The notes below the pieces were generated by a model that had not been told where the DNA came from, did no database searches, and saw only the letters and a list, made by a program, of their open reading frames with translations. DNA of 62,102 nucleotides, filler included, from Deltaproteobacteria bacterium (GTDB lineage: Bacteria; JAUYMQ01), in assembly GCA_030698575.1 (NCBI GenBank). It is 10 parts of 10 records of this genome, joined end to end, with 100 filler letters (N's around TTAATTAATTAA, not from the genome) between each part and the next. Parts side by side here need not be neighbours in the genome. Positions count along the whole stretch, not along the records: positions 33,096 to 39,585 come from JAUYMQ010000224.1; positions 39,686 to 45,042 come from JAUYMQ010000226.1; positions 45,143 to 54,878 come from JAUYMQ010000230.1; 7 more parts are not named here. One strand, given 5' to 3'. Below are positions 39,485 to 49,514 of the stretch, piece by piece (position 1 is the first letter of the stretch; every line of letters begins with the position of its first letter). Both the position numbers and the translations under genes were made by a program.

Positions 39485-39585
39485 TTTACGCGCAGAGCGC
39501 CACCCCCAAGGATCTCGATCTGCGCGTGGACGTTTGCATCGTCGGCAGCGGCGCAGGCGGGAGCGTCATTGCCAAGGAGATGGCC
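39481..39585 (+). CDS. GMC family oxidoreductase, N-terminus only
   Basis: DVCIVGSGAGGSVIAKEMA FAD-binding motif; truncated by the contig end. Confidence 0.75.
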
Positions 39586-40089
39586 NNNNNNNNNNNNNNN
39601 NNNNNNNNNNNNNNNNNNNNNNNNNNNNNTTAATTAATTAANNNNNNNNNNNNNNNNNNNNNNNNNNNNNNNNNNNNNNNNNNNNAGAAATCCCCCATCC
39701 GGGAATCGGCAGAGCCCGGGGAAAACTATTTCCCACTATGGGCAAGCCCCTTCCCCGGCGGCTCCACAACCAGAGGCAGGCTCGCAGCATAGCCATTGTA
39801 TCGAAAGTGACCGCTCCCGGGTAATGGTGTCACCCGAAAGAAGCCCCTCCCCGGCCCTGACGCCACCGGGCGACGGGACCGGACTGCCCTGCCCGGCCTT
39901 GGCAGCCAGGCAGATTTCTTGAACGATTTCAGGCAGTTAAACTCTCCCCGGCGAAATCTTCAAGAGCCCTCCCACGGCGGACCCGAACCCCCCGAAAATA
40001 GTTTGATTTTTCTTCTCTTGCCCCTGCCACGCACCGCGGCCCCGGTGCACTAAGGAGGTAGGACTCCTTCTCCGATAAGGCTGCTAGAC

Positions 40090-41418
40090 ATGCGATTTGG
40101 CCACGACACAATGATGACGCTCCTTGTTCGCGGGGCGAGCACCCTTCTGGGGATAGTTTTCTCCATCATCACGGTCCGCCTGCTCGGAGCGGAGGGGCGG
40201 GGAATCCTGACTCTCGTCTTCCTGATCCCCTCGGTCGGCGTGACCCTTGCGGGCTTCGGGCTCGGTTCGGCCAACGTCTACTTCCTCAATCGCGGCGGCG
40301 TTGCCCGTGAGACCCTCTTCGCCAACAGCGTGGTGGCCGCGCTCGGCTTCTCGATCCTCTCGATCACGCTGTTCTGGGCGGGGTGGCAATGGTTCGGCCC
40401 CCGGGTTCTGCCCGGGGTGACACCGGTCCTCGCCCTGATGGGCCTGACGGTCATCCCGCTGGCGTTGCTGAACGGGCACATCCTCTCGCTTCTCCAGGGA
40501 GCGCAGCGCTTTCTCCGGATGAACCTGCTCATCCTTTCGGCCCAGGTCATCGCGCTTGTGACGTTGGTCGTGGCGCTGGGGGTCTTCCACGCAGGTGTCG
40601 GGGGGGCCGCCCTCGCGCAGCTGCTCGCCGCAGTGCTCGCCCTTGGGCTCACCGTCTACATGTTCATGGGCCCCGGGGATCGCTTCAAGTCCCTGAGGCC
40701 GAATCTCGACGTCTTCCGGCGCTCTCTCTCCTACGGCCTCCGGGAGCATGTCAGCAACATCGCGATGCTTCTGTCGTACCGCATCGACATTTTCTTCATC
40801 GCCGCCATGGCCGGGGCGCGGGCCGTCGGGCTCTACGCCGTCGCCGTCATGGTCGCGGAGTTGTTCCTCTACCTGCCCCGGGCCGTGTCCACGGTGCTCG
40901 TCCCCCGCGTAGCAAACGGATCGGTGAGGGATGGCGCCAACAACGTGGCGCGGACCGCCAGGGTGGTTTCGGTGATAGTCGGCGCCTGCGTGCTCGTCGT
41001 GGGGGCCATCGCACTACCGCTCGTGCGTCTGGTCTTCTCGAGCGAATTCAGCGAGGCGGCGCCGGCGCTGGTCGCGCTGCTTCCGGGGATCTACGCCCTC
41101 AGCATCTCGCGCGTGCTCTCCGCCTACTTCACGGGAACGCTCGGCCAGCCGGGGCTCAGCGCCAAAGCAGCCACGGTGGCGCTCGGACTGAACCTGCCGC
41201 TGAACCTGCTCCTCATCCCGTCTTACGGCATCACCGGCGCCGCGGTCGCGTCTTCCGTCGCTTACGGCGCGCACTTCCTCATCTCGCTCTGGATGTTCTG
41301 CAGCCGGAGTGGCTACGCCCCGCGGACGGTGCTCGTTCCCTGTGGGGCCGACCTCGACTGGATCGTGGCCTGGCTCCGCGAAGCGCGGCCGGTTCGCTGG
41401 AGGGTCAGCCCCGTCTGA
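40090..41418 (+). CDS. Wzx-like flippase / polysaccharide biosynthesis protein
   Basis: About 12 TM helices; RLLGAEGRG, YRIDIFFI, VGLYAVA, LNLLLIPSYGITGAAVASSVAY. Confidence 0.88.
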   Translation: MRFGHDTMMTLLVRGASTLLGIVFSIITVRLLGAEGRGILTLVFLIPSVGVTLAGFGLGSANVYFLNRGGVARETLFANSVVAALGFSILSITLFWAGWQWFGPRVLPGVTPVLALMGLTVIPLALLNGHILSLLQGAQRFLRMNLLILSAQVIALVTLVVALGVFHAGVGGAALAQLLAAVLALGLTVYMFMGPGDRFKSLRPNLDVFRRSLSYGLREHVSNIAMLLSYRIDIFFIAAMAGARAVGLYAVAVMVAELFLYLPRAVSTVLVPRVANGSVRDGANNVARTARVVSVIVGACVLVVGAIALPLVRLVFSSEFSEAAPALVALLPGIYALSISRVLSAYFTGTLGQPGLSAKAATVALGLNLPLNLLLIPSYGITGAAVASSVAYGAHFLISLWMFCSRSGYAPRTVLVPCGADLDWIVAWLREARPVRWRVSPV

Positions 41419-41634
41419 CGGGGAACCCCTCTGGATTCTCCCCCCTTTCACTCAGTATCCCGCTGAAATTACAGCGAATTTCTTCAAGAACACCCTCGCC
41501 TGAAATGAATGCGCGCGCCCGGCGCCACCCGGCCCGTCCCCTGACCACTGAATGAATGAAGGAAGGCTGAACCCGGCGGTTTCCCGGTTGGAGACCTGCC
41601 GCCGGTACGGCCGTAGCGCGACTTGGGAGCGAGC

Positions 41635-42675
41635 GTGCCAAACAGGAAAAGAGCGAAGAGCATCGCGGCGCCGACGGCGGGGGAACTCGTCCTCGAGGCG
41701 CTGGAGCGCCTTAGCTGGGCGTCGCTGCGCAGAGCCGCCGGCCCGGTCGCTCTTGCCGCGACGACGCTGGCCGGACTCCTTGCGCTGCTGATGGCCGCCA
41801 CCCTTCTGGCCGCGCATGTCGAGGAGTCGCGCCGCATCGAGGGACTCGCGCAGCAAGCCACGCAAGAAGCCGGCACGGATCGGCAGCGCTTCGAGATGGT
41901 GGGCGCGTTCGTCCACGGCGCCGTGGAGCGCACGCGCGCCGACCGGACAGCCGACCCCAGCGCATGGATCCAGGCGCCGCCCGGCCCGCTCGGAGTGCTG
42001 GCAACGCGCTACCCCGCCGCCGGACGGCTTCTCAAGCCTTTCTTCGAGCCTCCCTACGCGAGCTTCCTGAAGCCAGGCGCCCTCCAGGCCTACTTCTACT
42101 ACCCCGACTGCGCGGGCGCTTCGCGGCTCATGATCCGCATGCTCGCCGCAATCGGCATCCAGTCCTCGAAGCTCTGTCTTTACGATGGGGCCGGCGTCGG
42201 CAGGCACGCGGTCGTCGAAGCCGAAGTGGACGGGCGGCGCGCGATCGCCGACGCCAACCATGGAATCGTCTATCACCTGAACGATGGTCGCCTCGCGACG
42301 GCCGCGGATCTGGCACGCGATCCGGGGGTCGCGATGGCGCACATCGGACCCGAAGACGACCCCGTCATCGCCGACTACCGGAACGCGAGGTCGATGAACT
42401 GGTCGAAGATCCCCGTGATCATGCCGCTCGCACACGATCTGCTGCAGCGCCTGATCGGCGATCGCGTGAACCGCATCCCGCGTCCGGCATTCGTCGAGCT
42501 GCCCAAGGTCATTTCCGCCTGCGCCTTTCTTTTCCTCGGCGCCCTCCTGCTCCTGCCCGCGGCGGCAGCCCCCACCCGCCGCCTCCTCGCGCGCTACTCA
42601 GGCCCGGCTTCCCGGCCTTCCATCATTCCTTCTTCCGCCAGAGTCCGTTCGATATCCTCCACCACCAGGGCGTAG
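41635..42675 (+). CDS. Membrane-anchored transglutaminase-like (Cys-His-Asp) protein
   Basis: TM helices near both ends; DCAGASR...HAVVEAEVDGRRAIAD triad pattern; start approximate. Confidence 0.55.
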   Translation: MPNRKRAKSIAAPTAGELVLEALERLSWASLRRAAGPVALAATTLAGLLALLMAATLLAAHVEESRRIEGLAQQATQEAGTDRQRFEMVGAFVHGAVERTRADRTADPSAWIQAPPGPLGVLATRYPAAGRLLKPFFEPPYASFLKPGALQAYFYYPDCAGASRLMIRMLAAIGIQSSKLCLYDGAGVGRHAVVEAEVDGRRAIADANHGIVYHLNDGRLATAADLARDPGVAMAHIGPEDDPVIADYRNARSMNWSKIPVIMPLAHDLLQRLIGDRVNRIPRPAFVELPKVISACAFLFLGALLLLPAAAAPTRRLLARYSGPASRPSIIPSSARVRSISSTTRA

Positions 42676-43988
42676 CCTGCCTCTCGCGTGTGATAGCGGT
42701 CGGGGAAAAACAGATCCTCGCGCGCGCTACCCATGAAGGAGAGCGGCGTCGGCACGATCGGCACGCCGAGCCCGATGGACACCTGCTGCATGAGCGCGTT
42801 CATGGTGAAGGGGCGTAGGGAGAGAACCTGATTCAGGAGCGCGAGGGCCCTGGCATCCTGCCCGTCGAGCTGCAACGCGAGCGCCAGCTGGTAGGTGGTC
42901 ACGGCATCTTCGGGGCGCGCCGCGTGAGACAGAGCAAGGAGGGCGACGGCCTCGCCGGATTTGCCAGCCTCGACGAGCGTGGCTGCCCGCAAATTGGCTT
43001 CCCGCTCGGGCGCGGGAAGAAGATGGAGCAGCTCCTGGTAAGCGCGCCTGGGCTGCAGCACGAAGATCACCGCCGCCCCCGTCTGGCGGCAGCGGCGCAC
43101 CGTCTCCTCGAGATGGGTCACGTAGGCCTCGAGAACGTGGTTGTGCTCCACGTGGACCCGCAGCGGCCTGTAAATCAGCTCCGGCTCCCGGCGATAGGCC
43201 ATCGCGAGAACACGCGAGGCGAGGCGGCTCGACTTCAGACCGCCCCAGACGCGCTCGCTCCCCTGCCGGAAGAGGTGAATCCCGTGCTGGAGCAGCAGGT
43301 AGAACCGGACGTTCCGGGGGAAGTCACGGAACCGATCAGAGAAGCGGGGGGCCGGCATCGCGTCGTCGGGGACAGGCGGGGCCACACGGCTCCGTTGCGC
43401 GTCGCCGATGGCGTGCACCCAGAGCTGGCTCTCACGGGCGTCGTAGTCATAGTGCGGAGCGCCGGGCCCGGAGCCCAGCTGCTCGTTGTAGCCAAAGCTC
43501 ACCAGCACGATATCAGGCTTCCAGGAAAGCCCCTCGGAAACGAGGAAGCCCAGGCCGTTGCCGCTGCTCCAGCCTGGCGTCCCGGCGTTGATCACCTCGA
43601 CACTGCGCCCGGGTAAGCGTGCTGCGAGCGCCTGCTCCAGCCGCTCCGGGTAGGATTCCTCGGGGCTGACCCCGTAGCCAAAAGTCGAGGAGTCGCCCAG
43701 CGCCAGGACCCGCGGGCCACCCGGCGGGCGCGGGGTCACGATCTCCGCCTCGCGGAATCCCCGGCTATTGGTCCGCACCAGGGCCCCACCCACTTCAGTG
43801 TAAGTGTGTTTCCCACGTAGCCGGAAGCCGGTGGCCGCGTCGGCTATCCCGGGTCTGGGCTCGCCGTCGCTCCGGAGAAGCAGCGTCGCGATCCCCTCAG
43901 CCAGGATCAGAAAAACCGCGAGGCTCCCCGCGGCCAGCGCCAGGTTCCTCAGGATCGATCTCGAGGGCCTGGTGCTACCCGTCGTCAT
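42594..43988 (-). CDS. SGNH/GDSL hydrolase with a TPR-like insert
   Basis: TM anchor; LGDSSTFG, INAGTPG, FGYNE, DRYH; TPR-like helices before block V. Confidence 0.8.
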   Translation of the reverse strand: MTTGSTRPSRSILRNLALAAGSLAVFLILAEGIATLLLRSDGEPRPGIADAATGFRLRGKHTYTEVGGALVRTNSRGFREAEIVTPRPPGGPRVLALGDSSTFGYGVSPEESYPERLEQALAARLPGRSVEVINAGTPGWSSGNGLGFLVSEGLSWKPDIVLVSFGYNEQLGSGPGAPHYDYDARESQLWVHAIGDAQRSRVAPPVPDDAMPAPRFSDRFRDFPRNVRFYLLLQHGIHLFRQGSERVWGGLKSSRLASRVLAMAYRREPELIYRPLRVHVEHNHVLEAYVTHLEETVRRCRQTGAAVIFVLQPRRAYQELLHLLPAPEREANLRAATLVEAGKSGEAVALLALSHAARPEDAVTTYQLALALQLDGQDARALALLNQVLSLRPFTMNALMQQVSIGLGVPIVPTPLSFMGSAREDLFFPDRYHTREAGYALVVEDIERTLAEEGMMEGREAGPE

Positions 43989-44844
43989 CGCCGCCTCGTC
44001 CCTTCCGGAGGATGAGCCCCAGGCGGTAGGCCTCGGCCCGTGGCACCCCCAGGGCCCGCGCCACCTCGCGCGCCGCGCCTGCGAGCGTGGCTCCCTCGCC
44101 CAGTCGCGCGGAAAGCGCGCGCCGGATTTCCGCCTCCCCGGCAACGCGCGGCGGCGCATCTTCCGGCCCCAGCACCACGACATACTCGCCGCGGCCGGCC
44201 CCGCTGCCAACCCGGTCCGCAACCTCCGCCAGCGTTCCCCGAACTGCCTCCTCGTGGAGCTTCGTCACTTCCCGAAAAACGGCGCAGTCCCTGCCGGGCG
44301 CAACGCCAGCCATCGCGAGCAGGAGGGGGCCGATGCGGCGGGGCGATTCGAACAGGACGGCGGTCTCCGGCGCCTCGGCCAGAGCACGGATCGCCGCGGC
44401 ACGCGCCCTGCCCGATGCCGGAAGGAATCCGTGGAAGCGAAAACCGTCAGCGGAAAAGCCCGAGGCGGAAAGCGCAGCCGTCAGGGCGGAGGGGCCCGGA
44501 ACGGGGATGACACGGGCCCCCGCGTCGAGGGCGGCCCGCACGACCCGGGCTCCGGGATCGGCGATCGCGGGGGTTCCGGCGTCGGTGACCAGCGCACCCC
44601 GCTCTCCCCGCGCGAGCCGCTCTGCGATCTCCCCCGACCGCCGCGCCTCGTTTCCCGCAAAGCAGGAGAGCATCGTCGGCGTGCGGACACCCAGATGGCT
44701 CAGGAGCTTGCGCGTTTTGCGCGTGTCCTCCGCGGCGATGAAATCGGCCTCCGCCAGCGCGCGGCGGGCGCGGGGTGAGACGTCCTCGAGATTGCCGATG
44801 GGCGTCGCCACAACGTACAGTATGCCCGCATCGCGATGGGTCAC
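43975..44844 (-). CDS. rsmI: 16S rRNA (cytidine1402-2'-O)-methyltransferase
   Basis: LYVVATPIGNLED, AAEDTR, DAGTPAIADPG, FESPRR, REVTKLHEE. Confidence 0.96.
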   Translation of the reverse strand: MTHRDAGILYVVATPIGNLEDVSPRARRALAEADFIAAEDTRKTRKLLSHLGVRTPTMLSCFAGNEARRSGEIAERLARGERGALVTDAGTPAIADPGARVVRAALDAGARVIPVPGPSALTAALSASGFSADGFRFHGFLPASGRARAAAIRALAEAPETAVLFESPRRIGPLLLAMAGVAPGRDCAVFREVTKLHEEAVRGTLAEVADRVGSGAGRGEYVVVLGPEDAPPRVAGEAEIRRALSARLGEGATLAGAAREVARALGVPRAEAYRLGLILRKGRGGDDDG

Positions 44845-44852
44845 CCTTCACC

Positions 44853-44917
44853 CCGCTGGATTGGCCTGCTGGATTGGCCCTCTGAATCGGCCCGCTGGAT
44901 GAGCCCACCGGATTGGA
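44853..44917. repeat. Five degenerate 13-bp tandem repeats upstream of rsmI
   Basis: CCGCTGGATTGGC CTGCTGGATTGGC CCTCTGAATCGGC CCGCTGGATGAGC CCACCGGATTGGA. Confidence 0.75.
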
Positions 44918-45142
44918 TTGATCGCGGCGCGAATGTTAACACAGCAGCGGCGGCGCCGGGCCAGGCGCTTTCATCGCCAAGCGCCGTTCTGCTAGTCTCT
45001 CCGGCATCGTCGACCATGAAGACGGCCTGAAAATCGCGGAGGNNNNNNNNNNNNNNNNNNNNNNNNNNNNNNNNNNNNNNNNNNNNTTAATTAATTAANN
45101 NNNNNNNNNNNNNNNNNNNNNNNNNNNNNNNNNNNNNNNNNN

Positions 45143-45361
45143 CTCGACGACGGAAACCACGGCGGGCTCGGGATCGGACTCTCGCTCGTCCGATCGATCG
45201 TGGATCTTCACGGAGGGCGAACCTGGTCCGAGAGCCCCGGCCGGCTCACGGACGGTACACAGACCCGGGGCGCTTCCTTCTATTTCACCATCCCGCTGCC
45301 CGTCCCCGAGGAGGCGTCGCGGTCCGGCACGCCGACCGAGACCCCTCACGCCGGCGCGTAA
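45143..45361 (+). CDS. Sensor histidine kinase, C-terminal HATPase fragment
   Basis: Hand-translated [25 protein letters not shown]...GASFYFTIP (G2 box). Confidence 0.85.
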   Translation, partial: LDDGNHGGLGIGLSLVRSIVDLHGGRTWSESPGRLTDGTQTRGASFYFTIPLPVPEEASRSGTPTETPHAGA

Positions 45362-46431
45362 AGTGTCACGCAGTTCTTCCCGAGCGCCTTCGATTGGTAC
45401 ATCGCCGCGTCCGCCTCCCGCAAAAGCTGCTCCTTCCCCCCTCCGTCGCCAAGCCGCGAAAGGCTCTGCACGCCGACGCTCGCCGTAACGCAGCCCGCGA
45501 TGGCGTGCGCAGCAACCATCCGGCTCGACTCGGCCAGGAAGACGAAATCTTCGATGCTCTTGCGCACCGTTCCCCCCACCGCCATCGCCTCTTCAGGCCC
45601 CGTCCCCGGCAGGATCACCACGAACTCGTCTCCGCCGTAGCGGGCCAGCGTGGCCTCAGGCGCCGTGACCACGCGCGCAAGCAACCTCCCCGTCTCGTGA
45701 AGCGTGCGGCTTCCGGCAAGGTGCCCGAAGCGATCGTTCACGCTCTTGAAGTTGTCGAGATCGAAGAAGACGACGGAAAGGTCGCGATCGTCCCCGCGCG
45801 CCGCCACGATCTCGTCCTCGAGGTGGTGGTGGAACCAGCGGTCGTTGAACAGCCCCGTCAGATCGTCGCGCCGGGCCATCTCGTTGAACAGCCGCGCGTC
45901 GAGGATGTTCCGGATCGAGGTGGAAATGTAGCTGGCGAAGATCTCGAGCAGGCCCATCTCGGCTTCGCTGAAGCGCTTCACCTCGCGCCGGTTCAGAAGC
46001 TCGATGACGCCCAGGATCTCCCGGTCGATGCGAATGGGAACGCAGATGATCGAGCGCGTGGGGAATCCGATAGCCGCCGCGAACTCCTTGGCGAAAAAGG
46101 CGTCTTCGTTGACTTCCCGGCTGATGTACGACTTGCCCGACTGAAGGGTCTGACCGACAATTCCCTCGGCGGCCGAGATGCTCCGTCCGAGCAGGTCCGC
46201 TGATTTTTCTCCGAAGCTCGTGACGAATACGAGGCGGCCTGCGCCGCCAGCGGCGCCGGCCGGATCTAGCAGCAGGATCGAGCCCGCCTCCGACGGAACG
46301 AACTCGTTGGCCTTGGCGAGGATCTGGCAAAAAAACGTGTCGAGATCGGCGCCCGCCTCGAGATCGCGCTCGCCCTGGAGGCCCTCGAGGAATCGGGTGA
46401 TTTCCCTGCCTTCCAGTGAACGAAGATCCAT
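45346..46431 (-). CDS. GAF-GGDEF diguanylate cyclase
   Basis: GAF segment TRSIICVPI...[46 protein letters not shown]. Confidence 0.93.
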   Translation of the reverse strand: MDLRSLEGREITRFLEGLQGERDLEAGADLDTFFCQILAKANEFVPSEAGSILLLDPAGAAGGAGRLVFVTSFGEKSADLLGRSISAAEGIVGQTLQSGKSYISREVNEDAFFAKEFAAAIGFPTRSIICVPIRIDREILGVIELLNRREVKRFSEAEMGLLEIFASYISTSIRNILDARLFNEMARRDDLTGLFNDRWFHHHLEDEIVAARGDDRDLSVVFFDLDNFKSVNDRFGHLAGSRTLHETGRLLARVVTAPEATLARYGGDEFVVILPGTGPEEAMAVGGTVRKSIEDFVFLAESSRMVAAHAIAGCVTASVGVQSLSRLGDGGGKEQLLREADAAMYQSKALGKNCVTLYAPA

Positions 46432-46492
46432 GGCTGGCCGCCTCGGTGGCTTGCGCCGGCGGGTGATCCGGCCGCGACGCGGGCGATGCCGC

Positions 46493-47182
46493 TCAGGATT
46501 TCCCGAGCTGCTCCCGCATGGCCGCGATCGTGCCGCGGTAATCCTTGCTGTCGAAGACCGCCGAGCCCGCCACGAAGACATCCCCTCCCGCGCGGGCGAT
46601 TTCGGCGATGTTGTCGGTCTTGACGCCGCCGTCCACCTCGATGTCGACAGAGAGCCCGTCGGCATCGATGCGATCCCGAAGTGAGCGGATCTTCTGGAGC
46701 ACGGCGGAGATGAACTTCTGCCCCCCGAAGCCGGGGTTCACGGTCATCAGCAGGACGAAGTCAACGTCACCCAGCACCACGTCGATGACCGAGAGCGGCG
46801 TTCCGGGATTGAGGGCGACGCCCGCGCGCGCTCCCGATTCCTTTATCTGCTGAACCGTCCGGTGGAGGTGCGTGCAGGCCTCGGCGTGAACGCTGATCCA
46901 GTCAGCGCCCGCCTTCCGGAACTCTTCGACGTAACGCTCAGGGCGCTCGATCATCAGGTGGACGTCGAGGGGAAGATCGGTCACGCGGTCGAGGCAGGCG
47001 ACCACCGGCTGCCCGAGGGTGATGTTGGGCACGAAATGGCCGTCCATGACGTCCACGTGGATGAGATCGGCCCCCGCCCCGGCCACCGCGCTCACCTCCT
47101 CGGCGAGTTGCGAAAAATCGGCCGAGAGAATGCTGGGGGCAATGCGCCCTGCCGGCCGCGGCCTCGCCTTGCTTCCGCCCAT
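46493..47182 (-). CDS. rpe: Ribulose-phosphate 3-epimerase
   Basis: IAPSILSADF, HVDVMDGHFVPN, DVHLMI, MTVNPGFGGQKF, EVDGG. Confidence 0.97.
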   Translation of the reverse strand: MGGSKARPRPAGRIAPSILSADFSQLAEEVSAVAGAGADLIHVDVMDGHFVPNITLGQPVVACLDRVTDLPLDVHLMIERPERYVEEFRKAGADWISVHAEACTHLHRTVQQIKESGARAGVALNPGTPLSVIDVVLGDVDFVLLMTVNPGFGGQKFISAVLQKIRSLRDRIDADGLSVDIEVDGGVKTDNIAEIARAGGDVFVAGSAVFDSKDYRGTIAAMREQLGKS

Positions 47183-48576
47183 CAGCCCCTCCTCCTCATG
47201 CGCACCGCGAAGAAGGCGTCGGTGCCATGGCGCTGCGGCCAGGTGCTGAGGGCCCAGCCGAAGGACGCCCGTTCCATCATCTCCCGGCAGTCTTCACCGA
47301 GGACCGCCTCCGGACTTTCTACCACAAAATCACCCGTCTCGCCGAGCAGTCCCTCGATCACTCCGATCGTCTCCTCGGGCGCGAAAGTGCACACGCTGTA
47401 AACCAGAACACCGCCCGGACGGACGAGCGTCCGGGCCCGCGCGAGAATCTCGCTTTGCAGGCCGGCCAGACGCGCGGGCGCATCAGGGGTCATGCGCCAG
47501 CGAGCATCTGGATTTCGCCGCAGCACGCCGAGGCCGGTGCAGGGCGCGTCGGCGAGGACGCAATCAAAACCATCACCGGCCACCGTCTGCGGCAGCCCGC
47601 GCGCGTCGCCCATAACCGTCTCTACGTTGTCCAGCCCCATTCGCCGGCAAAGCGCGGTCACGAGATCGAGACGCGCCGCGTTCGCATCCAGCGCGACGAC
47701 GCGGCCCTTGGGCCCCACCTGCTCCGCGAGGTGCGCCGTCTTTCCGCCGGGCGCCGCGCACAGATCGAGCACGCGCTCACCGCGCGCGGCGCCGACGAGC
47801 AGACTCACGAGCTGCGACGCCTCATCCTGCACGGCGAAGCACCCCTCGGCGAAACCTGGCAGCGCGCCCGGCGGCGCGCGCTCGACCAGCACCACTGCAC
47901 CCGGCGCGTAACGGCCCGCGCGCGCCTCGAAACCCGCATCGGCCAGTCGCGCGATGAGTTCCCCTGGCGTGGTCCGCCCCCCGCGAACGCGAAGCGTGAG
48001 CGGAGGCACAACGTTGTCGGCCTCCATGAAGCGAACGGCCTCTTCGTGGCCGAGCTGTTCAAATAGCCGCTCGACGATCCAGGGAGGATGGGCGTGGCAT
48101 GCCGCGGCATGCCCCACCGGATCCCGGTCGGGGTCAGGGAAGGAGAGGTTGTCTCGCTCGCGATTCAGCCGCCGCAGCAGCGCGTTCGCAAAACCCGTGA
48201 GGCGCTCCATTCCGAGCGCGCGCATCGCCTCGACGGTCTCCCCGACCGCCGCGCGAGGTGGAACGCTCCGGGAGTGAAGCAGCTGGTAAGCGCCGGCGCG
48301 CAACGCCGCCCGCGCCTGCGGGGGCAGGGCGTCGATCGGGCGCTCCGCCCGCTCGTTCAGGAGGTAGTCGAGGCGGCCTCGCCAGCGCAGCGTGCCATAG
48401 ACCAGATCGGTGGCAAAGGCGCGGTCGCGGGCGTCGAGGGACGAACGGGAAAGCTCCGCATTGAGCGCAAGATCCGCGTATGCGTCGTCGGCATCCACGC
48501 GCCGCAGGACCTCGATCGCGATCGCCCTCGCCGATCCGTACCACTTCGGATCGGGAGGGCGCGTCGCAGGTGCCAT
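47182..48576 (-). CDS. rsmB: 16S rRNA (cytosine967-C5)-methyltransferase
   Basis: NusB-like N-terminus; VQDEASQ, DLCAAPGGKT, DAPCTGLG, YSVCT. Confidence 0.95.
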   Translation of the reverse strand: MAPATRPPDPKWYGSARAIAIEVLRRVDADDAYADLALNAELSRSSLDARDRAFATDLVYGTLRWRGRLDYLLNERAERPIDALPPQARAALRAGAYQLLHSRSVPPRAAVGETVEAMRALGMERLTGFANALLRRLNRERDNLSFPDPDRDPVGHAAACHAHPPWIVERLFEQLGHEEAVRFMEADNVVPPLTLRVRGGRTTPGELIARLADAGFEARAGRYAPGAVVLVERAPPGALPGFAEGCFAVQDEASQLVSLLVGAARGERVLDLCAAPGGKTAHLAEQVGPKGRVVALDANAARLDLVTALCRRMGLDNVETVMGDARGLPQTVAGDGFDCVLADAPCTGLGVLRRNPDARWRMTPDAPARLAGLQSEILARARTLVRPGGVLVYSVCTFAPEETIGVIEGLLGETGDFVVESPEAVLGEDCREMMERASFGWALSTWPQRHGTDAFFAVRMRRRG

Positions 48577-48587
48577 CTTTTTCTTCT

Positions 48588-49436
48588 TCAGAGTCCGCCG
48601 CCGGTGAGGCGCATCAGGCGCTCAACCCGGTCCGCGGTGGGGGGATGTGTGCTGAAGAGTTTACTGATGCCGCCGCCCCTGAGCGGGTTCACGATGAACA
48701 TGTGGGCGGTCGCGGGGCTCGGGTCCTGCATCGGAACCGCGTCGGATCCGGCCTCCAGCTTCTGGAGCGCGCTGGCCAGCGCCGACGGATCGCCCGTGAG
48801 CTTCGCGCCCGCCTCGTCCGCCGCGAATTCCCGCGTGCGGGAGACGGCGAGCTGAACGATCATCGCGGCGACGGAAACCACGACGCTCACCAGAAGCGTG
48901 AAGATTACGTTCCCGCCGCGGTTCTCGGAGCTGCCGCCGAAGATGGCGCCCCAGCGGAACATCGTGCCGATCCAGGAGATGGCGCCCGCGATGGTGGCGG
49001 CGATGGTTCCGATGAGAATGTCCCTGTTGAAGACGTGGGACAACTCGTGCCCCAGAACACCGGTCAGTTCCCGGCGGTCGAGGATTCGCAGGATGCCGGT
49101 CGTGCAGGCCACAGCGGCGTGATTCGGGTTGCGGCCCGTCGCAAAGGCGTTGGGAGTCTCGCTGGGAATGATGTAGAGGCGCGGCATCGGGATGGATGCT
49201 CGCTGCGCGAGGTCGGCCACGATGTGATAGAGATCCGGAGACTCGCTCTCGGTTACTTCCTTGGCCTTGTACATCCGCAGAACGATCTTGTCGCTGAACC
49301 AGTAGCTCACGAGATTCATGACGCCCACGATCACGAGCGCCATGGTCGCGCCGCGAGGGCCGCCGATCATGCTCCCGAGGCCCACGAGCAGCGCCGAGAG
49401 AACCACCAGGAGCGCGATGGTCTTCACTCCGTTCAT
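48588..49436 (-). CDS. htpX: Zinc metalloprotease HtpX (M48)
   Basis: PNAFATGRNP, GHELSHV, SRTREFAAD, FSTHP; GGAGG RBS. Confidence 0.95.
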   Translation of the reverse strand: MNGVKTIALLVVLSALLVGLGSMIGGPRGATMALVIVGVMNLVSYWFSDKIVLRMYKAKEVTESESPDLYHIVADLAQRASIPMPRLYIIPSETPNAFATGRNPNHAAVACTTGILRILDRRELTGVLGHELSHVFNRDILIGTIAATIAGAISWIGTMFRWGAIFGGSSENRGGNVIFTLLVSVVVSVAAMIVQLAVSRTREFAADEAGAKLTGDPSALASALQKLEAGSDAVPMQDPSPATAHMFIVNPLRGGGISKLFSTHPPTADRVERLMRLTGGGL

Positions 49437-49514
49437 CGAGTATCCTCCCTTTCCCCTCATTAGCCGTCGCAGGAATATAGAGCCGCCCCCGGAGCCGGGC
49501 AACGGCAATCGCCC

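Noticed and set aside
39686-40080. Possible ncRNA or riboswitch upstream of the flippase
   Set aside because: Only lower-GC promoter-like sequence; no recognisable conserved RNA motif.
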